Source: Candidatus Bilamarchaeaceae archaeon
Lineage (GTDB): Archaea; Micrarchaeota; Micrarchaeia; Anstonellales; Bilamarchaeaceae
NCBI GenBank assembly: GCA_038870635.1
Contig: JAVZJR010000001.1
Span: forward strand, 15,934 to 74,697
Reading direction: 5' to 3'
Length of the DNA stretch: 58,764 bases
Shown here: in pieces, positions 19,706 through 29,489 of the stretch
Position numbering within the stretch: position 1 is the stretch's first letter
Layout of the letters: the number at the start of each line of letters is the position of its first letter
Program-made: the position numbers and the translations under genes
The notes under the pieces: generated by a model
Seen by the model: only the letters and a program-made list of their open reading frames with translations
What the model was told of the DNA's origin: nothing
Database searches by the model: none

Positions 19706-20332
19706 CTATTTAAATTGTTCTTTCCCCCACCGCACTATCAGGGCGTGATATTCATTAAACAAACGATAGTTTTTTGGGAGGTTTTTTTCAAAAAATAGTT
19801 GACAATCGTTATAACTTTTAAAATTACCAAGACCATAGTAAATGCAAAACCTAAGTGTGTATGCATCCACAACGAAAATAGGTTTCTTAAAAGCATAAAG
19901 AAGAATGGAATCCGCAGTTTCAGGTCCGATTCCTTTTACACTCAGAAGAGCTTCGCGCGATTCTCTTAAACTGCTGCATTTCCTTATTTTTTTATAGATA
20001 GGCAAAAGCCGTTTTATTCTTTCTGCTTTTTGATTGTAATAACCCGAGGAACGTATAAGCAAAGCCAATTTTTTTATAGGCATACCTAACAGAGATGAAT
20101 AGTCTAAGACATTATTTTCATAAAGTGAAAGAAGAGCTTTTTCAGCATTTTTCCAATTTGTCCCTTGAGCAAGAATGGCACCAATGGTAATCTGAAATCT
20201 ATCTCTTTCATTTTTTGGAGTGTTGTAATCATTAGGGTGGTAATGGATTTTACCCCTTTTTATTGTTGGCCACCACCCCTGTGGACCGTATATACCAAGC
20301 AATCTTTTGTACATCGCTAAAAGAGATACCAT
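19706..20332 (-). CDS. HhH-GPD endonuclease III-related DNA glycosylase (no Fe-S motif)
   Basis: GPQGWWP, GAILAQGTNW, LLSVKGIGPETADSILLY, VVDAY and EYHALIV motifs. Confidence 0.88.
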   Translation of the reverse strand: MVSLLAMYKRLLGIYGPQGWWPTIKRGKIHYHPNDYNTPKNERDRFQITIGAILAQGTNWKNAEKALLSLYENNVLDYSSLLGMPIKKLALLIRSSGYYNQKAERIKRLLPIYKKIRKCSSLRESREALLSVKGIGPETADSILLYAFKKPIFVVDAYTLRFCIYYGLGNFKSYNDCQLFFEKNLPKNYRLFNEYHALIVRWGKEQFK

Positions 20333-20390
20333 AAATCGATAACACGGCGCAGATTTTTAAGCACTTACCAATAATCATTTGTCGATTGTT

Positions 20391-22766
20391 ATGCTTGAAA
20401 AAAATTACAGCAGAGAGATTGAAAAGAAGTGGCAGGAAAGATGGAAGGAAGAAGGAACTTATAAATTTGATGAAAACGACAGTGTCAAACCTATTTATAG
20501 CATAGACACGCCCCCTCCTTTTACTAGTGGGGAGCTTCATATGGGACATGTGCTTTCCTACAGTTACTTTGATTTCGCAGCAAGATATAAACGAATGCGT
20601 GGTTTTAATGTATACTACCCTCAAGGATGGGATACACAAGGTTTTCCAACTGAAGTAAAAGTAGAAAAAAAATATGGAAAGTTGCCGCCTGTTGAATTTA
20701 GGCAAAAATGTGTGGAATGGACAAAGGAGTTTATAGCAAGAATGAAACAACAGATGAACGAGCTTGGCTTTAGCGCAGACTGGAGATATGAATATAGAAC
20801 AATGGACCCGGCATATCACAAAAAAGTACAACTCTCCTTAATACAAATGTACAATGACAAGTTAATATATCGATCAAAATATCCTGTATTTTGGTGCACC
20901 AAATGTGTATCAGCAATAGCCAAGGCAGAATTAGACGATTTTGAAAAGGAAGGCGTTCTAAATTACATAAAGTTTAAAGGACCAGAAAATGAAGACCTCA
21001 TAATAGCAACAACAAGACCAGAACTTCTTCACGCGTGTGTTGCGGTTATGTTCAACCCAAACGATAAAAGGTATTTACATCTTGATGGTAAAAAGATAAC
21101 TACCCCTCTTGGAAAAGAAGTTATCGCGATACCAGATAAGGAAGTTGACATGGAATTTGGCACTGGGCTCGTCATGCTGTGTACTTTTGGGGATAAGATG
21201 GATGTAGTATGGATGCATCGCTATAAGCTTCCACTAATAGAAGCACTTGATCAACACGGCAGATTGATAAATGCAGGTGAATTTAATGGCTTAAAGGTAG
21301 AGGAAGCAAAAAAGAAAATAATAGAAAAACTTGAAAGAGATGGTAAAGTAGTAAAAAAGGAAAAAATAAAACAAGTTATTAAAGTACATGACCGGTGTAG
21401 CACACCGATAGAACTTTTAACGTCGTATCAATGGTTCGCGGACATAAAGACAACTGCAAAAAGAATAAAAGATATGGCATATAAGATAAGATGGATTCCA
21501 TCTTTTGGTATTACTTATCTAATAGACTGGGTGGAAGGTGCGGAATGGGATTGGGTGATTAGCAGACAGAGAATTTTTGGCACCCCCTTACCTTTTTACT
21601 ATTGTGAAAAATGCGGTGAAACCGCTCCTGCTGATATAAAAGATTTGCCTTTTTACGCAGAAACCGCTCCAATCAAAAAATGTAAATGTGGCGAACAGAT
21701 GAAACCAGAAACAAGTACCTGTGATTGTTGGGTGGATTCAAGCATAACTCCATTAATAATAAGTGGTTGGCCAGATGATGAAAAAAAATTCAAACGGTTC
21801 TACCCAATAACTTTGCGCCCTCAGGGAGTAGAAATAGTAAGAACTTGGGCTTTTTATACACTCTATAGAAGTGGAGTAGCACTAACTGGTATCCCGCCAT
21901 GGAAAGAAATACTGCTGAATGGAAATGTATTGGCTCCTGATGGAAAAAAGATGAGTAAGAGCTTAGGGAATGTAATATCTCCGGCAGAATTGCTAAACGA
22001 TTATCCAGCAGATGCAATAAGACAATGGGCAGCTATGAGTGGGGCGATGGCAAAAGATCGACCTTTTAGTTATGAAGACTTACGTTTTGCAAAATCTTTT
22101 CTCAATAAACTTTGGAATGCTGCAAGATTCATAGAACTTAACTTAAAAGATTATAAAAAATTAGAGAGACATTCGCATCAATTGACACTTATAGATAAAT
22201 GGATATTGCAAGAACTAAACAAGCTCATCCAAGATTACACAACAGCATTTGAAAATTATGATTATCAAAAAGCGATATACCGTCTACATTCATTTTTTTG
22301 GCAAGAATTTTGTGATGATTATCTCGAATATGTAAAACATAGAATATATGGACCAGATAGCGAAGAGAAAAACGCGGCCTTTTATACATTACACACTGTT
22401 TTGGAAACTGTAGTTAAGCTACTCGCACCAATTGCCCCGCATATAAGTGAAGAGATATATAGAGAAGTACTAAAAAATAACGAAAGTATCCACCTATCTT
22501 CTTGGCCTAAGAAAATCGAAAATATAGAAGGAGAAACGACCCCAGTGGAAATAATGAGAAAAATAATAAGCCAAGTACGACAACAGAAAGCTTCCGCGAG
22601 ATTGCCACAAAATGCTGAAATAGAAAAAGGAATAATAAGTGGCAAAAATGAAGACACAGATACACTCATAAAAGCAGGGCTTATCGAAGAAATAAAGAAA
22701 ATAACAAAAATAAAAGAATTAGAGATAAAAAAAGGCGAAGAGATTAAGATATCAATAGTGAACTAA
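20391..22766 (+). CDS. valS: Valine--tRNA ligase
   Basis: IDTPPP, HMGH, DWVISRQR and KMSKS motifs; start moved to ATG 20391. Confidence 0.95.
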   Translation: MLEKNYSREIEKKWQERWKEEGTYKFDENDSVKPIYSIDTPPPFTSGELHMGHVLSYSYFDFAARYKRMRGFNVYYPQGWDTQGFPTEVKVEKKYGKLPPVEFRQKCVEWTKEFIARMKQQMNELGFSADWRYEYRTMDPAYHKKVQLSLIQMYNDKLIYRSKYPVFWCTKCVSAIAKAELDDFEKEGVLNYIKFKGPENEDLIIATTRPELLHACVAVMFNPNDKRYLHLDGKKITTPLGKEVIAIPDKEVDMEFGTGLVMLCTFGDKMDVVWMHRYKLPLIEALDQHGRLINAGEFNGLKVEEAKKKIIEKLERDGKVVKKEKIKQVIKVHDRCSTPIELLTSYQWFADIKTTAKRIKDMAYKIRWIPSFGITYLIDWVEGAEWDWVISRQRIFGTPLPFYYCEKCGETAPADIKDLPFYAETAPIKKCKCGEQMKPETSTCDCWVDSSITPLIISGWPDDEKKFKRFYPITLRPQGVEIVRTWAFYTLYRSGVALTGIPPWKEILLNGNVLAPDGKKMSKSLGNVISPAELLNDYPADAIRQWAAMSGAMAKDRPFSYEDLRFAKSFLNKLWNAARFIELNLKDYKKLERHSHQLTLIDKWILQELNKLIQDYTTAFENYDYQKAIYRLHSFFWQEFCDDYLEYVKHRIYGPDSEEKNAAFYTLHTVLETVVKLLAPIAPHISEEIYREVLKNNESIHLSSWPKKIENIEGETTPVEIMRKIISQVRQQKASARLPQNAEIEKGIISGKNEDTDTLIKAGLIEEIKKITKIKELEIKKGEEIKISIVN

Positions 22767-23288
22767 TCAATCTGGCGCAACTACTTTTGCGACTAAACGA
22801 CCGCTTATAGTATGCTCATCACCACTACACGCAGCACTCTGCGGATCATCCCGCAATTCAGGCGCACAGGAACGGTATTGTAAATAGAGAGAAAATTGTT
22901 TCAAGGCATTCTCTTCTAATTTTTTCTCTTGTGGAAAAGCACCATTGAAAACCAATTTGCTTCCACTCTCTACACTTTTTTGTTGAGAAGATAAAGCAAC
23001 TTTGCTTCCATCAGAAAGAATTAAAGAAAAATCCGATATCTCTATAGGGTAAGAGAATGCATTAAGCACCTCAATAGAAACCTTAGTAATACCCGCTCGG
23101 TCGTTATAAACAACTGCTTTACAAGGAATGTTGGAACCAAGTTCGCATTTTTCGCTTATAAAAAAGTCAGAGCGAAAAAAACCGCCAAAAAGTAATATAC
23201 CAATCACAACCGCCAAAATAAATATCGCCCAACCATAAGTAGTGAGATATTCTATCATTGCCTGTCCTTTGAAATTTTTAAAGTTCAT
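22767..23288 (-). CDS. Pilin-like protein with class III signal peptide
   Basis: KG/QAMIEY followed by a hydrophobic helix. Confidence 0.8.
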   Translation of the reverse strand: MNFKNFKGQAMIEYLTTYGWAIFILAVVIGILLFGGFFRSDFFISEKCELGSNIPCKAVVYNDRAGITKVSIEVLNAFSYPIEISDFSLILSDGSKVALSSQQKSVESGSKLVFNGAFPQEKKLEENALKQFSLYLQYRSCAPELRDDPQSAACSGDEHTISGRLVAKVVAPD

Positions 23289-23351
23289 ATTCTTGATTAA
23301 AACATATATAATTAAATTAATTACGGAAGAAATCCAAGTGAGAGTGATAGT

Positions 23352-24038
23352 ATGGATAGAGTTAAGACGGGTATAAGTGGATTAGACGAAATGCTTAACG
23401 GAGGAATACCAAAAAACAGACATGTTGCGCTCTATGGTGGTCCTGGTTGCGGAAAAACTTCTTTCTGCTTTGAATACTTATACCGTGGCGCAGAAGAGGG
23501 AGAGAATGGTGTTTACATAACATTAGAAGAAACACCAGAAGACATCATTACAAACATGAGGAATACTTTTCCTCTTTTAAAAAATACTGAAAAACTAATA
23601 GAAGAGAAAAAACTAGAAATAGTAAAACCAGAGAAATTTGTAATGGAAGAAATAGCTAATATAATAGAGGAAAGAATAACAGAAAATGATGTAAAAAGGG
23701 CAGTCATAGATTCAGCAACAATGATAAGAATGTCTTTTGGTACTGAAATAGAGTATAGGCAAACGCTTTTTGAGTTCCTCTCTCTTTTAAGAAATCTTGA
23801 CTGCACAACAATAACAACTGTTGAAGCAAATTCTGCTATGAAAACAGAAATGCGCTTTGATATAGAACACTTTGTTATGGATGGTATAATAAATCTGTAC
23901 AATCTTGATAGAGAAGACAGAAGAATAAGAGCGCTTGAAATATTCAAAATGAGAGGAACAGATCACTCGCGTGAACTCGTGCCCTTTAAGGTGACGCCTT
24001 CAGGCATAAAGGTTTATGTTGGCGAGAAAGTTTTCTAG
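23352..24038 (+). CDS. Single-domain KaiC/RecA-like ATPase
   Basis: TGISGLDEMLNGG, GPGCGKTS, YITLEE, VIDS and KMRGT motifs. Confidence 0.92.
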   Translation: MDRVKTGISGLDEMLNGGIPKNRHVALYGGPGCGKTSFCFEYLYRGAEEGENGVYITLEETPEDIITNMRNTFPLLKNTEKLIEEKKLEIVKPEKFVMEEIANIIEERITENDVKRAVIDSATMIRMSFGTEIEYRQTLFEFLSLLRNLDCTTITTVEANSAMKTEMRFDIEHFVMDGIINLYNLDREDRRIRALEIFKMRGTDHSRELVPFKVTPSGIKVYVGEKVF

Positions 24039-24612
24039 AACTGGATAAGGGCAACCAGATACAACCATCTTTACCTTTTAACGCGAGTGCTTTTTGTTTG
24101 TTAATAAAAAGTCCAGTTATGGCACAACACATAGCATCTATTTCATCTTGCGTGTAGTTTCTTTTCTTAAATTTAAAACCGCTTTTTCTAAACATTTCTA
24201 AAATTTCTCTTTTGTCTTTTCTATTCACTTTCCAAATATCATAGCTAGCGCCAGGAAAGACTTCAACAACGCGAATCTTTTGTTTTTTCATTTTATTTCT
24301 CAATTTTATTCCTCTTTTTGTCAGCATTCTCATAGGACCAAGCGTTATAGGAAAAAACCGTATGCCAAGTTTTCTTAACTTTAAATCGCACTCACGAAAA
24401 TGAGCTTTATTTTTTTGATTAATATTTTTCCTTCCTTTAGGTAATGTGAGAGGTGCATCAATAGCAACAATTTCGAGTTTTGTTTTTTTTATAATTGTAA
24501 GCAATTCATTATCACTATGCACTATTCCTATGTCTAAAAAATTTTTTCCATCTAAAAGCGCTATTCCAGTGTTTCTTTTCTCACTCCCTGCAAGATCTAC
24601 CCCTAAAATCAT
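23986..24612 (-). CDS. DUF429 family protein (RNase H-like fold)
   Basis: GVDLAG, AIDAPL, FRECD, VEVFP and DEIDA motifs; start moved to ATG 24612 so it does not overlap the tRNA. Confidence 0.85.
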   Translation of the reverse strand: MILGVDLAGSEKRNTGIALLDGKNFLDIGIVHSDNELLTIIKKTKLEIVAIDAPLTLPKGRKNINQKNKAHFRECDLKLRKLGIRFFPITLGPMRMLTKRGIKLRNKMKKQKIRVVEVFPGASYDIWKVNRKDKREILEMFRKSGFKFKKRNYTQDEIDAMCCAITGLFINKQKALALKGKDGCIWLPLSSSRKLSRQHKPLCLKASP

Positions 24613-24633
24613 AAAAACACTTATTAAAGCTAG

Positions 24634-24708
24634 TAGCGGGGGTTGGATTTGAACCAACGAGCTCCGGGTTATGAGCCCGGCGGGCACTCCAGGCTACCCC
24701 ACCCCGCT
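24634..24708 (-). tRNA. tRNA-Met(CAT), initiator, intronless, CCA not encoded
   Basis: AGCGGGG...CCCCGCT-A acceptor stem (A1:U72); anticodon arm CCGGG-CTCATAA-CCCGG with three G-C pairs; T arm GTTGG-TTCAAAT-CCAAC. Confidence 0.97.
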
Positions 24709-24728
24709 GAGAATAAGATTATATATAA

Positions 24729-24806
24729 TTATTCGAGCGTGCCCCGCCCTACAATTACTGCTTCTATTTCTGGCACATCATCAACATATTCGGGTGCTTT
24801 TTCCAT
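24729..24806 (-). CDS. Putative 25-aa microprotein
   Basis: MEKAPEYVDDVPEIEAVIVGRGTLE*; the ATG lies about 24 nt from TTTAAA at 24831-24836. Confidence 0.4.
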   Translation of the reverse strand: MEKAPEYVDDVPEIEAVIVGRGTLE

Positions 24807-24857
24807 GCATACGATTTAGCACTATCATTTTTTAAAGCTACCGACAGATTTTTTGTT

Positions 24858-25325
24858 ATGGAAAAAATATACCGTCTTCTATACCCTATGAGAGTGGCTC
24901 TAATAACAACATCGCACGGCAAAAAAGAAAATGTAATGTCTGCCGCGTGGTGTTATCCGCTATCTGCAGACCCCCCTCTGTTTGGTGTTGCAATATCAAA
25001 AAAAAGGTATACTTACGAATTAATAAACGCCTCAAAGAAATATGCTATAAATTTAGCAACGCCCCAAATGAAAGAAGCTGTAATGATATGCGGCTCGATT
25101 AGTGGAAGAGATAAAGATAAGTTTGCGCTTGCAAAATTAAAAAAAGAGAAGGGAAAGATAACCACCGTACTTTCACAATCATCTGCCTCAATAGAATGCG
25201 AAGTAATTGATGAATACGAAGCAGGCGACCATATAATTTTCGTTGGTAAAGCGATTAATGTGATAAAAAGAAAAGAAGAAAAAGGTCTTTATCATCGTGG
25301 CGGTGAGGAATTTGAAGCTATCTGA
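24858..25325 (+). CDS. Flavin reductase family protein (DIM6/NTAB)
   Basis: YPMRVALIT, NVMSAAW, CGSISGRDKDKF, IECEV and GDHIIFVG motifs. Confidence 0.9.
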   Translation: MEKIYRLLYPMRVALITTSHGKKENVMSAAWCYPLSADPPLFGVAISKKRYTYELINASKKYAINLATPQMKEAVMICGSISGRDKDKFALAKLKKEKGKITTVLSQSSASIECEVIDEYEAGDHIIFVGKAINVIKRKEEKGLYHRGGEEFEAI

Positions 25326-25836
25326 CAACGTAAAAAAAGGAATAACGCAAATTTTAATAGGTTTAATAATCGCCATAGTTGCTTTTTATTCAATAAATAA
25401 CATCTCAGAATTTAAAGAATATGGCTATGTTGGAGTTTTTATAATATCCTTTTTAAGTGCAGCCACCATATTCATACCGGCACCTGGTTGGGCAGCAGTC
25501 ATTGCAACAAGTGGTGTTCTTAATCCATACCTTATTGGAATAGTTGCTGGCTTAGGGAGCGGTATAGGTGAAATAGTTGGTTATAATATAGGAAGCGGTA
25601 CTGCTGAAATATTGAAAAAAGAAAAAAATGGCAATTTCCAAATTGTAAAAAAATATGGCGTTTATGGTGTTTTTATCTTAGCGTTCATACCGAATCCTTT
25701 TTTTGATATCGCAGGTATAGCCGCAGGCGCTTTAAAAATAAATCAGATTAAATTTTTAATAGCAGTAATAATCGGCCGAACTCTTCGCTTTATTTTACTT
25801 GCCCATCTTGGGGCGCAAATGCTTAGTCTTATATAA
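25297..25836 (+). CDS. VTT/DedA (SNARE-associated) membrane protein
   Basis: ATIFIPAPG, GSGIGE, IPNPFFDIAGIAAG and GRTLR motifs; start uncertain. Confidence 0.85.
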   Translation: MAVRNLKLSDNVKKGITQILIGLIIAIVAFYSINNISEFKEYGYVGVFIISFLSAATIFIPAPGWAAVIATSGVLNPYLIGIVAGLGSGIGEIVGYNIGSGTAEILKKEKNGNFQIVKKYGVYGVFILAFIPNPFFDIAGIAAGALKINQIKFLIAVIIGRTLRFILLAHLGAQMLSLI

Positions 25837-25838
25837 AA

Positions 25839-26849
25839 TTAATCAACTTTGAATTGTCTAACTTTGATACCTGCTTCTTTAAGCAATTTCATAGCGCTTT
25901 CTGAAATAGGATATCTCTCATTGTAAACTACTTCCACTATGCCGGCGTTTATTATCATCTTAGTACATAACAAACAAGGTGAAAAAGTTGTATAAATAGT
26001 GCAGCCCTTTGTACTAACACCGTTATACGCAGCCTGTACTATCGCATTCTCCTCTCCGTGAGAACAAAAACATTCATCAAGATTTTTGCCACTTTCAGTA
26101 AAATTGTTACAACGCGGGCAGCCACCCTCATTGCAATTTCGTGTTCCACGAGGAGTACCATTATAGCCAGTGGATATTATCTGCTTGTCGCGAACAATAA
26201 CTGCTGCAACTTTTCTTTTGATACAATTACTTCTTGTTGCAACTTGTTTTGCGATGCTCATAAAATACTCATCCCAACTTGGCCTATCTATTTTAAACTC
26301 AGTCGATATGTCAGCTAATGCACGATCTATTTGTTCATAAAAAGAAGAAAGTTGGCCGTTATTCTCTATTTTTTTATCTGCCATTGCAAAAGTCTGCTTA
26401 AGATTTTGCTTTGTTCTTTCTGCATTTTCCATTTCAAGTTTTTCTATCTCTAAAAATGCTTCTAGAGTTTTTGGATCTTCCTCTCTTCCTCTTTTTTTCA
26501 ATCTCTCAAAACGAACTTCTGGCGAAGCTGTGATGTAGATCAAATAAAAATTTTTTAGACGCCGTAATTCTTCAACTTCCGCGGGATTTCTTATTGAATC
26601 TATCACGTAATTTTTATCCTTTGTTATTTTTTCTTTTGCACGTACTGCAAGCACAGAAGGACCAAATTTTTCCCTTAATTCATTTCCCTTTTTTATCAAT
26701 GCTTCTCTTGTCAAGGCCTTTCCTTCTGCTTGCAACTCCTCTCTTATTATATCAGAGAGAGATATAGGATAAAATCCTTTTTTTGAAAGATAATAGACAG
26801 CAGTAGTCTTACCAGCACAATTTTCACCAGTTAACCCTATGTAAAGCAT
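25839..26849 (-). CDS. P-loop kinase (dephospho-CoA/NMP kinase-like) fused to dCMP deaminase
   Basis: N-terminal GLTGENCAGKTT, IDSIRNPAE and RFERLKKRGR; C-terminal RPSWDEYF, TGYNG, HGEENA and PCLLC. Confidence 0.88.
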   Translation of the reverse strand: MLYIGLTGENCAGKTTAVYYLSKKGFYPISLSDIIREELQAEGKALTREALIKKGNELREKFGPSVLAVRAKEKITKDKNYVIDSIRNPAEVEELRRLKNFYLIYITASPEVRFERLKKRGREEDPKTLEAFLEIEKLEMENAERTKQNLKQTFAMADKKIENNGQLSSFYEQIDRALADISTEFKIDRPSWDEYFMSIAKQVATRSNCIKRKVAAVIVRDKQIISTGYNGTPRGTRNCNEGGCPRCNNFTESGKNLDECFCSHGEENAIVQAAYNGVSTKGCTIYTTFSPCLLCTKMIINAGIVEVVYNERYPISESAMKLLKEAGIKVRQFKVD

Positions 26850-26891
26850 GGAGTAAGATTAGTTAAACTATGTTTAAATTGTTTTTGTTTT

Positions 26892-28520
26892 TTACGGGAA
26901 GTTTATACGCGGAATTATGCATGCTCCATCTTCACAACCTACATCGCAAATTATGGTAACAGGCGCGATATAGTTAGCACTACAAGTATATTCTACTAAT
27001 TTGTTGTTATCTATACATTTATCTTCTGCATAAAGATTTTTTCCTCTACGCACGGTTGTTTTAATAAAGTAGGCATTGTCTCCTTCACTTTCATCTGGGT
27101 CATAGCATTGAGCTGGTATTAATTCACCATTATAGCACTCTTGCATGGAACCAGCGGTGTACGTAATATTTACCAAATTATTATCAACACAAGCATACTC
27201 AATGAGATGAAAGTAGTCGATGCAGTAATCAGTGTAAGATTTAGAGTCAAAAATGACTGTTCCTTTTATACCAAGTTCGTCTCCACCATCACTATCAGTA
27301 CATGAATGCGGAGGCTGTTTCTTAATACATCTGCCTCCCAAACATTCGTAATTAGTCGGGCAAACAATTGTTTCGGAAAGCACTCGATTATTAGAAGAAC
27401 AATAATATTCTTTTACTGATTTAGAATCTACGCAATAATCAGAATAAGAAACAGAAGCGTTCTCTGTTTGTCCTTTTACGTAGATTTCCATACCATTGTC
27501 GCTATCCATACAGTAATCAGCTAACTTTACACATCTACCGCCACTACAACTATAACCACTTGGACAGTCCTTTTCTACAGAAATAACATTGTCACCACTG
27601 CAATAGTACTCTATTATAGTTTTGGGATCAACACAATAATCTTTATATTCAAAATTATTTTTTATAACTGAACCAAAAGAGTAAATATCTATACCACCGT
27701 CGCTATCAACACAGGAAAGGAGAAGAGAACACGCTCCATCTACACATCTGTAACCACTAGGACATTTTACCACCTGAGTTTTCACATTATTATTCTCACA
27801 ATAGTACTCCACGCTATGGGTTGCGTTTGCGCAATAATCACTAAAAGTTTCATTTCCTTTTGTAACGTTATCCTTCACATAAAAATCAAAAAACTTAGAA
27901 GAAGAAACAGTACTTATACACACAGGAATGCATGCTCCATCAGAACAACCGTACCCTTTTGGGCAAGGAAATTTTTGGCTTTTAAGAAAGACGTCGTCAC
28001 AAAAGTATTCAACTACTTCACTCATGTTAACGCAATAATCAGTTTTACTTTCACCATCCAAAAAACTTGCTGTTTTTTTGTAGATATCTTTTCCATCATC
28101 ATCTTTGCATACAATTGAAACACACTTTCCATCTTTGCATGCATTGGCCCCTGCCACTGAAGAGCAATCAATTGTTTCTTTATATGCTTCTTTACTAGTG
28201 TTAGACGAACAGTAATATTCTACTAAATTCTTATTGTCTGCGCAATAATCATCAAATCTTTTATTATTCACAATAACATAACTAGATTCACTCGCTATCT
28301 TACCATCGTCATAATCCTTACACTTTATACAATTTCCTTTATACGCAACCCCTACCCCTGCATCTTTGGCAGCACATTCACTTGAGTATTCTTTATTATC
28401 TATACCACAAACAACTCCTTGATCAGAACACGTAGAAGATTTCATTTGAAGCTGATCAACACAACCTGCAACTAAAAACACAAACACAAAACATAAAACA
28501 ATAAAAGAACCTGCTTTCAT
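26892..28520 (-). CDS. Putative lipoprotein with Kazal-like domain and Cys-rich repeats
   Basis: LVAGC lipobox-like signal; VCGIDNKEYSSEC (Kazal); about seven C-x-D-x-D-x-G...DYC...EYYC...C...C..G.C repeats. Confidence 0.8.
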   Translation of the reverse strand: MKAGSFIVLCFVFVFLVAGCVDQLQMKSSTCSDQGVVCGIDNKEYSSECAAKDAGVGVAYKGNCIKCKDYDDGKIASESSYVIVNNKRFDDYCADNKNLVEYYCSSNTSKEAYKETIDCSSVAGANACKDGKCVSIVCKDDDGKDIYKKTASFLDGESKTDYCVNMSEVVEYFCDDVFLKSQKFPCPKGYGCSDGACIPVCISTVSSSKFFDFYVKDNVTKGNETFSDYCANATHSVEYYCENNNVKTQVVKCPSGYRCVDGACSLLLSCVDSDGGIDIYSFGSVIKNNFEYKDYCVDPKTIIEYYCSGDNVISVEKDCPSGYSCSGGRCVKLADYCMDSDNGMEIYVKGQTENASVSYSDYCVDSKSVKEYYCSSNNRVLSETIVCPTNYECLGGRCIKKQPPHSCTDSDGGDELGIKGTVIFDSKSYTDYCIDYFHLIEYACVDNNLVNITYTAGSMQECYNGELIPAQCYDPDESEGDNAYFIKTTVRRGKNLYAEDKCIDNNKLVEYTCSANYIAPVTIICDVGCEDGACIIPRINFP

Positions 28521-28565
28521 AAAAAAAATTATTAAAAGATGTTTTTAAAAACTATTTTGATTGTA

Positions 28566-29384
28566 CTATGGGTATTTTTTCATTGATTCCTTTAACTCTT
28601 CGATCATTTTATTAATTTGCTCCTTAAATTCTTCTTCTACTATTTTATCCACCCTCTCTCGCCCCATAACAAATTGATATGTGTCTGCTAAACTCCGCCA
28701 CACCATACTCTTCAAATCCTCAAACATTTTATTTAGTTTTGAATATATCGAATTTATATTATTCAATTCTTCAAATGTTAGCATAATCTTCTTGTCGCCG
28801 TATTGTAAAAAAATTGTGTTAGGTTGATTGGTTTGAACACATTGCTCAATACTACATTCAACTAAACGCACTGTGCTTTTTAATTTTTGAATATTTTCGG
28901 TAACAATCTCATTAGTTTTTTGCTTGGTCAATTTTTGAGCATCTTCTAAAGATGGTATATAATAAATACCATATTTAGCATTTACAATATTTTGGTAGAA
29001 CGCCAAACAAGCTTTAATTCTTTCTTCTAGCAATTTAATTTTTTGAGGATTAGCATCATCTCTCTTATCTTTTTCTTTTTTTAATTCTTCTTGGGCAAGG
29101 TCACACTGTTCGTCAATGTTTTTTATTATTTGATACACTCTTCTATTACTCTCTAAAACCATATTTTGTAGAGTTTCAACTTTTTTTTCTAGTTGTTGTA
29201 TATTGCTCTCTAGTGTACTTTTTGGTGCAAAAAGAGCACAGTTAGACAAAGTAAGCATCGCAGCGGCGCAAATCGGCAAAAGCGAAGAAAAAGGTTTTCT
29301 TCTCTTTTTAGTATTAACTTTTTCTTTATTTTCCTTATTAGATTGATTAATTAATTCTTTAACGCCACATTTCATTAAAAACAC
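28566..29384 (-). CDS. Hypothetical coiled-coil protein with a hydrophobic segment
   Basis: 272-aa ORF filling the gap; hydrophobic stretch followed by heptads; no family recognised. Confidence 0.6.
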   Translation of the reverse strand: MFLMKCGVKELINQSNKENKEKVNTKKRRKPFSSLLPICAAAMLTLSNCALFAPKSTLESNIQQLEKKVETLQNMVLESNRRVYQIIKNIDEQCDLAQEELKKEKDKRDDANPQKIKLLEERIKACLAFYQNIVNAKYGIYYIPSLEDAQKLTKQKTNEIVTENIQKLKSTVRLVECSIEQCVQTNQPNTIFLQYGDKKIMLTFEELNNINSIYSKLNKMFEDLKSMVWRSLADTYQFVMGRERVDKIVEEEFKEQINKMIEELKESMKKYP

Positions 29385-29489
29385 CTATCCACCTACTTCA
29401 ACTTATATAAATATGTGTAAAAATATTTAAAAATATGTAATATTAGAGATAAAATTAGGGAGAATGAGTAAAAAAAATAAAAAAGAAAA

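Noticed and set aside
23352-24038. KaiC as a circadian clock gene
   Set aside because: Single-domain KaiC-like ATPases are common in archaea, and there is no kaiA/kaiB nearby.
24613-24687. N-terminal extension of the DUF429 ORF in the track
   Set aside because: It runs through the initiator tRNA; the family motif starts at ATG 24612.
24634-24708. tRNA as the integration site of a mobile element
   Set aside because: No duplicated tRNA 3' end or integrase was noticed, and the flanking genes are ordinary cellular genes.
26892-28520. Repeats as a CRISPR array or DGR variable region
   Set aside because: They are degenerate in-frame protein repeats; there are no identical DNA repeats with spacers, and no cas or reverse transcriptase gene in the window.
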